Below, one piece after another: positions 47,901 through 59,900 of a DNA stretch of 64,000 nucleotides. The stretch is from Octopus sinensis (lineage: Eukaryota), in the NCBI RefSeq assembly GCF_006345805.1, contig NC_043006.1:68200001-68264000 (forward strand), read 5' to 3'. Both the position numbers and the translations under genes were made by a program. Position 1 is the stretch's first letter; each line of letters begins with the position of its first letter. The notes beneath the pieces were generated by a model. The model ran no database searches. It had not been told where the DNA came from and saw nothing but the letters and a program-made list of their open reading frames with translations.

Positions 47901-50900
47901 CCCTGTAACTTAGCAGTTCGGCAAAAGAGACCAAAAGAATAAGTACTAGGCTTACAAAGAATAAGTCCTGGGGTCGATTTGCTTGATGAAAGGTGGTGCT
48001 CCAGCATGGCCGCAGTCAAATGACTGAAATGAGTAAACGAATATATATATATATATAGTTTACTTTAGTATTTGTTTTACAATACTCCTGAAGTGAAATT
48101 GTCTGTTAATTAGACATTATTGTATTAATGGCAGGTTATTTTACCAATTAAAACACATGTACTGCTTGTAATTTTACTGCCTTCTATTATTACCAGTTAA
48201 CATGTTAACTAATTAGCTAATAGACTGCTTGATTAATCAATCAGTTGGGTAGTCAGAATCTGTTCATTATAGCTTCTGATTTTATGAATGACACATGCTC
48301 ATCCACTCATCTGTAACTTTGGCTGCAGCATTTTGTGTGTGTGTGTGTGTGTGAGTGAGTGAGTGAGAGAGAGAGAGAACTTAGTTGAAAGGTTTATACG
48401 AGACAAGAAAACTAACAAAATGTATTTTGAGGGCTGATATTTCACAGAGTTAAAAGGTCAAATAGATTTTTGTCTTGCAGATCCCTTATAAAGGATTTTG
48501 GTGAGCCTGTTCCTTTCAAAAATCAAATTGAAAAGTTAACTCAAACCACACACACACACATACACACAAAAGAGACAGATTATGTCACCTTTTGTAGATA
48601 AGTACCAGGAATAAAAATTGATGAAGAATTAAAGCAAACTTTGTCTTGTTTCCAAACCAAGAAATGTGAAGTGAAATCTTACCTTTGCCCAACTTGTTCT
48701 ATCATGTGCTGTGAGTATCCCAACAGATGGTCCCGCTTCTTCGTTGATACACTTATCATAAATAATTTGAAGTTGTTTCTGCATCTCTGGTGCAGTGATC
48801 AGTTCATTTGTGTCATCAGTGATTCCCATTGTAAACATTCGACCACGACACAAGACCAAAATATGCTGGGGTGTCTCCCCTTCGCTCTCTAAAACACCAA
48901 AATATTAGAGCTTAACTTTAAGGTTATGGTCAAGGAAATTGTTATATTCAAACAGATTGTTGTTATAGAAAACAGAATAGAGTTGAAATGATGGTATTGC
49001 TGAATAACTGAGATCAGCATATCATACAGATGTATAATGTCAAAAAACATAGAAATATATCAGTAGCGGATGTCTATATGAGATACTTTGAGTGATGATG
49101 AAGATGATACAAGTACGTTGATGTTGGTATTAATAGTAGTAATGATGATGATAATAATAGTGACCCAACCTGTTTTAAAATAATGCAAAAGATGGTCCTT
49201 CTTTGTTCCAGGGATGCGACAGGTGGTAAATATCTTGTGGTATTGGTTCATACACAAGAACTGACCATTTCTGTTTGTCTGAGCTCGGAGAGTTTCACTG
49301 CAACAGTGGAAATAGATATATATATATATATAGAGAGATTGCTGTAGAAAGTGGGTTGAAGTGATGAGAGAAGAGGTATGAAAGTGAGAAGTGAAAATTT
49401 GTGGAAGTATATTGGAAATGTCATCATAGCATGAAATGAAAGACGACAAAGTGGACTCTTGAATGAGATGTTGTTGTTGTTTATTCTAGAATAGGAAAGC
49501 AGAAGATAGATTTAGCTGCAATTGAACCAAAATAATTTCACTTGACACTGTGAAAGAGTTAATAGCTGTTCAAGTACAGACTCCGGCTTTTGATATAAGC
49601 AGTTCAGAGAGCTCCCATCTCTTCTGGTAACAAAGGCCTCTCGCTCAGAATGAAAGGCATTATACCACCAAAGGTTTCAGTCACCTGTCATTGCCTCCTT
49701 GAGGCCCAACACTTGAATGGTGCTCAGAGTGAAAGGCAGACTGTATGGTGCCTGTGTGTGAACAGCAATGCTACACAGCAGTGATACATAGGCTGTGACT
49801 GCCAAGGACATGCGTAGGCTTCTAAGAAATGAATGCTTTGTTGGATGTGTAATGTCAGTGTGCATGCATGACAGTGTAAACATCCTGAGAGAAAAGTTGG
49901 GCATAAGAAGCATCAGATGTGATGTGCAAGAAGGACAACTATGCTGGTATGGTCATGTGATGCATATGGACAAGAACAGTTGTGTGAAGAGATGTTGCAC
50001 TTGAATGGTAGAGGGAACCTGTGGAAGAGGTAGACCCAGGAAGACACAGGATGAGGTGATGAGGCACGATCTTCGAATGTTGGGCCTCATGGAGGCAATG
50101 ACAAGAGACTGAGACCTTTGGTGATATGCCACACTTGAGAAGACCCACCAAGCCAAGAGAGTTGTAGTTGTGGCCGATACCAGTGTTGTGTAACTGGCCT
50201 GTTAAAAGTACCCTTCAAACATTGGGCGATATGCAGTGCTTGTGAAGATCTGTCGAGCCGAGTGAAATCATAGTCATGGCTGATGCCAGTGCCATCTGAC
50301 TGGCACCCATGCTGGTGGAACATAAAAAGCACCATTCAAGCATTGGGTCTCAAGGAGGCAATGGCAGATGACTGAAACCTTTGGTGATATACTGTGTTTG
50401 TGTAGACCTGTGAAGCCATGTGAGACCATAGTTGTGGCTGATGTTGGTGTCAGGTTATTGGCACCCATGCCAGTGGCATGTAAAAATCACCCACTACACT
50501 CCCAGAGTTGTTGGTGTTAGGAAGTCTATCCAGCCATAGAAACCATGTGAAATCAGATCAGAACCTGATGCAGTTCCCCAGCTTACCAGTTTTCAGTTAA
50601 GCCATTCAACCCATGCCAGCATGGAAAGCAGACATTAAATGATGGTAATGATGATGGGACAATGGAGAAGAAGAAAGTGAATAAGGAGGAAAAGATAAGG
50701 AGAAGAACAGAAAGAGGAAAGCAAAGAAAATGGAGAAAGAGTAGATAAGAAAAAGTGAAGGAACAGATAAAAAAAAGTGAGAATGAGAAAAGGGAAGAGT
50801 GGTATGTGTGTGTGAGAGAGAGAGAGAGAACAATATCTTACCGTCTAAGAAACTGCCAAAATTCAAGAGAGTAATACAAACACATAGCACACCGCTCTAT

Positions 50901-53900
50901 CTGGGTCCCTACTTTGGCTGGCCAGTAATGTCTGTAATAAGGTCCTTCTCCCCCAGTGTTGATCATAGGTGCACAGGGACTGCGAGTCTCTAGGTAAGCA
51001 AGGTCTTCCCACCATTTTTCCAACTGTGGAACATAATTATAGATTTATAAATTAATAATTCATTATTTCCTTAATTAGAAATATAAATTACTCTATGGTG
51101 ATGTATACACATCATATACACTCAAATACTGTATATGCACATATCTACAGGCTGTGTATTCACATACATTTACACATTATATACACATATCTATACATCA
51201 TATACATACACCATCTACATATATATCTATGCAATGTATATAAACATATATCTATAAGCTATATAAATAAGTAGATAGCTCTCAATAGGGTTCAACAATA
51301 AGTATCCAGTTGTTCAACCATCTCGACTATTTAATCACTGAAATATAGTGTAAGTGGCAGAGTATTCCACAGATAATTATAACATTAATTAGGTAGAATC
51401 TTGTCTCTTGGATCTCCATGAGTGGGTTCTTAAGCAAGGCACTAATTCGATTGATCCCTTTCTCAGCAGGCATTGAAATATGATGACCTTTTGCAAGTTA
51501 TTATGAATGTGTAAGTTTATGTGTGTGTGTGGTCCAAAAAGACAAAAAAAATACACAAAGACAGAGTGAATGGACAAATAGTGTGTATTAATTTAACACC
51601 AAGGGAGAATGGAAGAAGTCTTCCTCTTTTTTTGTTATCTTTTCCATCATAAGGGAGTAAGGTTTAAACTGTGTTTGATTAATACCTAAATAATTCATGT
51701 GCTGTACTTCATGCTTTTCTCAAAATGGTATGTTAAGTATACAATTTTGAAAGACCACTGTTCAGAGAAACATAGACCCCATAAGTGTTTATGAAACAAC
51801 ATGATAACACTAGTCCAAATACATCAGTGTTTAACAATGGCAGAGGTAACACATTTGTGTTGTTGAAAATTACATCTTTGATTTTTATAATCCTGACAAA
51901 GTTTGTGAATTTTCTTTGTAACTTTCTTTGAACTTGTAGAATAAAATGAATCACTGCAAAATGTTAGAATCAGGAAGGTAAAAGAGGCAATAAGCATCCC
52001 CCACTTTTCATATAAACATTACAATAAAGACAAAATGTCTGAAGTATTAAAGATCAAAGTTAACTTACCCAATTATTCTCACTCTTAGCTTTTTTCTCCA
52101 AGAGACTATGTAGTCTGGGACCGGCATTGCTGGCAAATTCCTGCACAATTTCCGTGGTCTGCTGGTATTCTTCATCAGATACATGTGGTCGGACTAAAGA
52201 CACAAACAATAATTCCTCTTTTATTTTGTAGAAATCACATTCTATTTAATAATATTCTGCTATGCAGGTAAATATGCCAGCCAGCATTATGGAGGTGTTC
52301 AGGGAGTCCCAACCTCCCTTTACCACCCCACTTTCATGGTATGTATGGACAGCTGCCAACTGCAACCAGCCAGTTCTACTATAAGCTCCTGTATCCACTT
52401 CTAGAAATGCATACACTTCAAACAAACCCACTGGCTCCATGCCCCTCCCATCAGTTTTCTGTAAGCACCTCCCTCTCCTTCCCTCCTTTACTATGTAATA
52501 AGTGAACACAATGATATTGGTTTCAAATTTTGACACAAGGCTAGAGATTTCAAGGGAGAGGATAAGTTGATTACTTCTACTACTGGTGTTCAACAGATGC
52601 TTATTTTATCGACCCTGAAAGGATGACAGGCAAAGTTGACTTTGGTGGAATTTGAACTTGGAACATAAAGACAGACAAAATGCCAGCAAGCACTTTGCCC
52701 AGTTTGCTAATGACTGACAGTTTGACAGCTTGCCACCTTAAACACTTAATAACAATACTGAGAGACATAAGTCATACTGAAAGCACCACAAGAGGAGCAG
52801 AAGCCCTAAATTAAGATTCTGTTTTGGAGGAGAGATGAACTCAAGAAGATGCAGGAAGGAAACATGTCTGAAGAGAGAAGTCACTTTGAATAAAATCTGA
52901 CATAGTGCAGAGAGGGCAATTAAGTTCCATCAGACACACTTTTAGGGCTGGTGGCATGATGCAAAGCACAGTGTCTATGCTGTAAGGTGGGTCGTGATGG
53001 GAAAGGCAGCCAATCGATAAAACAAGGACAAAAATCCTGACAATCACAAATGAGACGTAAAACCCTAACTATATATAGAAGAAATGTACAACCTCATGTT
53101 GGTGCTGTCTGTGATAGTGGAGTAGTCAGGTGGAAACATCTGGCTATAATTAATAGCCCCTAGATCATCATCAAACAATTGAATAAATTGTCTTCCTTTC
53201 AGACACAAAGAATAGACAAATATCAACTTACCTACCACTGAAACCACCCCACCTATTCTTGTCAGCTCAGGGCTTCCACCATCAACATTGACATAATGAA
53301 AGATAGGTAAGGATTGGGGAACTACTAGAGCAGTATGCTGTATACAAGTGGTAAGATGGCGGGAGGCCTCAGTAGGATACTATGTGGGTAAGGACACAAG
53401 TACTCATTATTTTAAGTTGGTAACAGTAGTAGAATAAGTATATTATTGGGAAAAAAAAAACAAAAAAAAAACATTGGAAAAACCAATTATAGCAGCAACT
53501 CCATCAATTCCTAGGGATATCTGAAGAAGGAATTTTATATTCTGAAATATCATATCAGACTATGGATGATTAAATTACAACAGTTATTATAGTCCATTGT
53601 TGTACTATTCAAAACATTTTATTCTTTACAAAGGACAGATAATATAATTGAGGTAATCAGAGTATGTGACAGAATAATTAAACAAATTAGTCAATGAGCA
53701 ACAGTTACCTCAGCTTATGTACCACAATTAGGACTAACACAAGAAAAAGGAGCATTTCTACAAATCTTTCTTGCATACCATCCCAGTAAGGAATGACTGA
53801 AACCTTGTTAGCTTGGCTGGTCATCACTGCACTCATTATAATTGTTATTGTTGCTGTTGTTATCATTGGAATACATCACCTTGGGGTTATATCTGATTCC

Positions 53901-56900
53901 TTATCTCCTCTCTACTGTGTATATATGTGTGCAATTGTATGTACATCTGCTTGAATATGTATGAAGGAGGACTGGCCTCCATTGCCCTCCCTGCATCAAC
54001 TATTAATCTATCTCCTAGAAAAACCCATCATTCTTTTACTTTCTATTCTGTCTTAGCAGTGCTGCTAAATATAATTTGCATAGCTGGAATATACATAAGG
54101 ACAGCATACCACCAAGCTTTGTATTTTTCGCCGTGAAAGTTGGGGAAATAATTATATTATATCTGATTAATTGTTTTGTGTAATAATGATAGTTGATTTA
54201 CTAAAACAGGTGTAGGTTTTATAAAGCTAAAGATACTAATTACGTTTTCTGTGTTTATTATTTATATATATAATATAAGCAAAAAGATTAGGAGATGTGA
54301 GAAGCAAAAAGAGTTTAGATATTTCTGTAGTGGCTACAGCTGCTTCATAAGTTATGCTGGACTAGCTGAATTACCTGGCATTGCCTAGGTTACTGCTGTT
54401 CTTATTCAAATTAGTAAACAATAAATATGAAGATATATTTTTTTCCTCATAATTATTTCAAAATATCTATATTTTATTTAAAAATATCCAAATTGTAATG
54501 ATAACAGAATTTAGAACTGAAAATCTGTCAATCTTGAAGCACCTCAAAGTAAACAATATTCATTGTGTAATTTTTTGTCAGTGTCCAAATAAATAAACTG
54601 TTGCTGCTTCCAACTCGTGAGCAACAACATAGAGTTGGCCGTGGGAGGAGTATGTAATAGAGAGATGAAGTCCAACTACCTTGAGGGATTGACTCTGAAA
54701 TTTGTTAATTGAAATACCATAACTTAGTTTGACTGGGAACTGAAGCTTCTTAAATTCAAATGGAACATCTGTAGGTATGAGAGGAAATTTTGGTATAAAG
54801 ACAACTTCTTCTTTGTGACTAGCTGATATGATTGTTGCCTGTAGGACATGGGCCTTCCTGGAAGTAACAATTAAACGAGTTCCATTACACAGGCAAGGTG
54901 GGTCAAAATTCCTAAACAACATAATAGGAGCATCCAACATTAGTGTGAAGTTATGCGGTGGTACTCCAGTGTGTTTAAGTGTGTTCAGAAATTCAACAGG
55001 GTATTGAACTGACAAATCTTGATCGACGGCTGTGTGGATTGACTGAAAAGTCATTTCTGACATATCTTAACTTTTGAAGCTCATGATTGAGCCAGTATAG
55101 CTCTTTCACAATAGCCAGTCTACAACAGGGTAATTGACAATCACACATAAATTCTTACATACATATACTTAGACACACACAGACATACATTTCCATAATG
55201 AATGTGCAAGCATTTGTGTCGTCATTGTCTTGGTATAAAATGTCCTTTACTATATCATATATAAAGAATGCACAAACGCACACACACTCACAGACGCATA
55301 TACACTCATATTACAAAATGTGTTGTGGTGGTGATGATATAAAATGTCTTTTAGTATCTCATGTATCAAAAGTGCAAACACACACTCATATACAAAAATG
55401 TCATTGTCATGGTATAAAATGTCCTTTATTATGTTGTATGTAATAAACACACGCACATACAAAATGTGGTGGTGGTATAAAATGTCTGTACTATAATTGA
55501 CTACAGAAAGATTATTTTCGAGAAAATGTTAAATTGTTTTAATGCAAATGAAAAACAAATGGTTAATATACAGTTTAACTCCCAGTCACCGAAACAAAAA
55601 AAAAAAAATCAAATAGGTGTAAAAAGATGTGTAGAAAATTAATATGGAAACAAAAATTTGTGCAAATAAACGGGGAGAGGACTTTCAGAAAATTAACATG
55701 ACCCAATTTTTTCCCTCATAACTTTCATGAAAATGGATATCTTTTAATGAAATTTTATATAAATACTTTTCAAACAGTATAGATTACGATTATAAAGAAA
55801 TTTGTGGGGAAAATGTTTTCCGAAGGGGTAGGGAGAGGACTGTCAGAAAATTCCTTTTTTTTATCATCGTAATCTATGCCATTCAAAAGGCCATGGAGAG
55901 GTTTATTTGAAATCGATCCTTCATTTCATTTCATTTCCGATATCGTCACATTTGAAAACTAGTGCTCGAGAATGGAGAATTTCAATATTTGTGAAAATTG
56001 TAATTTTGATTACTATGAATGCAAAAGCACTTTTCATTGTAATGATCAAAAGTCAGTTGAGTTCCTTTGTTCATACAGAGTATTACCAAACATAGTGATA
56101 TGCCCACATGGAAACAATGATGAGAAAATACCTTGCTCTAACAATTTTGAAGATAGCACACATAGAAACATACACACACAAAACATTGAAAGACTTTCGA
56201 AAAACATAAAAGAATCAATCCAAAAACCAGGAATTCAATCAAAATATCTGCAACAAGATATTTATTTATAACTTCTCAACATGAAGAAAGTCAGTTGCAC
56301 AAGTTCTTCATAGAGGCAACCAAATTATACCTTCCTCTCTTGAATTGTTGCTGTCAAATAATTACCAACCAAGATGAAGGTATATATGTTTGTGCAAATT
56401 TTTGTTTTCATTAAACATTTTTTTTTTTACACTAAGTAGACTGTTTCTTTTCTTTTTTGTTTAGTTTTGTTTTGTTGACTAGATCCTGAAAGTTATGAGG
56501 GATAAAAACTGGATCATGTGAATTTTCCCAAATCCTCTCACCACCCATTCGGAAAACATTTCCCCCCACAAATTTCTTTATAATCATAATCTATGCCATT
56601 TGAATAGTATTTCTATAAAATTTCATAAATATATATCCATTTTCCTGAAAGTTGTGAATTTTCTGAAAGTCTCTCCACATCCATCCCAGCTCGTTAACAC
56701 AAATTTTTGTTTCCGTACTCTTTTACTTGTTTCAGTTATTTGACTGTGACCATGCTGGAGCACCACCTTTAGCCGAGCAAATCGACCCCAAGACTTATTC
56801 TTTGTAAGCCTAGTACTTATTCTATCAGTCTCTTTTGCCGAACCACTAAGTTATGGGATCGTAAACACACCAGCATCAGTTGTCAAGCGATGTTGGGGGG

Positions 56901-59900
56901 GACAAACACGGACACACACACATACATATATACGACGGGCTTCTTTCAGTTTCCATCTACCAAATCCACTCACAAGGCCTTGGTTGGCCCGAGGCTATAG
57001 CAGAAGACACTTGCCTTAAGTGCCACACAGTGGGACTGAACCTGGAACCATGTGGCTTGTAAGCAAGCTACTTATCACACAGCCACTCCTACACCTATAT
57101 TCGTTTTCTACATATTTTTTTTACACCTATTAGACTGGTTTTATTTTTGTTTTGGTGACCAGGAGTTAAACTATATATTAACCAAAAAAATTACATGTTG
57201 ACACTCACAGGTTATTTGATTTGATTTGGTGAAGCCTTTTGAGAATGCATAAGGAACAGACAGACAAAGAATTTTATATAGAGAGAGATTACATAATTAA
57301 ACTTGAAGCCTGAGGTTAGTGATGTAACCCAGAGCAAATTATGAAATATTAAAACTCTTTAGCTCCTCACATCTCTTGTTTTTTGCTTTGCTTATTATAT
57401 ACCAGTGCAGGTGGCACGTAAAAAGCACCCACTACACTCACGGAGTGGTTGGCGTTAGGAAGGGCATCCAGCTGTAGAAACATTGCCAGATAAGACCGGA
57501 GCCTGGTGCAGCCTTCTGGCTTCCCAGATCCCCGGTCGAACCGTCCAACCCATGCTAGCATGGAGAACGGACGTTAAATGATGATGATGATGATACTCAA
57601 CAATGGAGATATTACTATTAATGTATCTTGGGTTTTCAGTTGTATAGCCCTGTTAAATTACACAGTAATTTATTTAGTGTGTGAAGGTTTGTGTGTGTGT
57701 GTATAGACACACACATTTATAAGCTAAAAATTTGAACCAAGCTTACTTTCACTCGTTTAATATCTGTTTTCCTGAAAAGTCAGAGGAGGAGATATCTGAG
57801 GCAGAATTTTTAGGGTCAGATACACTTACTGCTGTCAATCTATACCCATTTTCCAAGTAAGTGATTTTTTTTTTTATTTAAGAGGATTTCAAAAATGCAA
57901 GCTAGCAGACAATATGCTAACAGGAAATATCAACAAATGTCATCAGTTCCAACCCAGCTACAAATGATGGCATTTGTAGCCATAACTCAGTAATGATTGT
58001 AAACATTCACAGACATACACATGCACGCACATACACACACATGCACACACAAGGACTTTTCCAGTATTCTGTCCATTATTGCTCTCACAAACCATAAGAA
58101 TGTTGCTAGAAATAATTCACACACATTAAAAATTCAAAATCTGGGAAGTTGCCAGAAACTAGCAAAAAATTGTAAAACGTATAGCAGCAAAATAATAATT
58201 TTGGTGGAGGAGGGGGTTATTCTAATTTTTAAAAAACAGCTTTTAAATCATTTTTATCATAAATTCTTATAGGTGCAGGTGTGGCTGTATGGTAAGTAGC
58301 TTGCTTCCCAATCACATGCTTCCAGGTTCAGTCCCATTGTGTGGCACTTTGGGCAAGTGTCTTTTACTGTAGCCTCAGGCCAACCAAAGCCTTGTGAGTG
58401 GATTAAGTAGACGGAAACTGAAAGAAACCTGTTGCATATATATAGAAGGGCAGTGAGCTGGTAGAACTGTTAGCACGCTGGGCGAAATGAATACGTTCTA
58501 AGTTCAAATTCTGCTGAGGTTGACTTAGCCTTTCATCCTTTCAGGGTTGATTAAATAAGTACCAGTTACACACTGGGGTTATGTAATTGACTTAATCCCT
58601 TTGTCTGTCCTTGTTTGTCCCCTCTATGTGGGCAATATAGAAATACATGGATGTATATGTTTGTGTGTCTGTGTTTGTCCTTGACAATCGATGTTGATGT
58701 GTTTGTCTTTGTAACTTAGTGGTTTAGTAAAAGGGACCAAGAGAATAAGTATTAAGCTTACAAAGATTAAATCCTGGGGTCGATTTGTTTGACTAAAGGC
58801 TGTGCCCCATCTTGACCACAATCAAATGACTGGAGCAAGTAAAAGGATAAAAGAGAAATACTTCATTCTTAATTTTGAAGTCCCATACTTCACCTTGAGA
58901 AACACTGTGATAGACTTTATGCATACTACACACATTAACACATATACACATTAATATATTATATATACGAGGCGGTGAGCTGGCAGAAACATTAGCACGC
59001 CAGGCGAAATGCTTAGTGGTATTTCGTCTGCTGCTACGTTCTGAGTTCAAATTCCGCTGAGGTCGACTTTGCTTTTCATCCTTTTGGGGGTCGATAAATT
59101 AAGTACCAGTTGCGTACTGGGGTCGATCTAATAGACTGGCACCCTTCCCAAAGATTTTGGGTCTTGTGCCTAGAGTAGAAAAGAATATACTATATATACA
59201 TACACTACAAGCACTAATATACACACAAATATACTATATTGTGTGATCACATGATCAACCAGACTATTGGATGTTGTTATATATCACTGGTCACAACGTG
59301 CTTTGCATTGTTTTAGCTTTTGAATGATGCAACCCCACTGGCTAGGTGAGCAAGCCAACATTCTCCCTGACCAGAAGGCTATTCTGTTATAGGGTCACTG
59401 AATGGACTGGAGCAATGTGAAATGAAGTGTTTTTCTCAAAAACACAATGCACAACTAGTCTGGGAATTGAACCCATGATCTCACAATTGTGAGTGAAACA
59501 CACTTAACCACTGAGCTACATGCCTTCACAATATAATATAAACACACTGTACAAGGGGATGCTGAAAAGTTCCTGGCTTTGGGTAAAAGAAAATACACGA
59601 GGATCAGTTAATTATGATTTTATTCAACATATTCCCCTTTCAGATTCACACACTTTTGGCAGTGGTCCTTCAGGTTTTGTAAGCCCTCTGGAAAAACTCA
59701 GAAGGTTAGGCTTCCAACTAGGCCTTTCGCGACACCCCTAAAAATTCAGAAACTTTTTAGCACCCTTCCATATTACATACACACTCCGTTTCATATTCAG
59801 AATGAGAAAATGAGAGGAACTTTACCTGACTCCAAGTATTTCTGGAGAGTTTTGCTAAGATCTGGACATGGTAGAGGAGGCAATGTATCTTGATTCTGGA

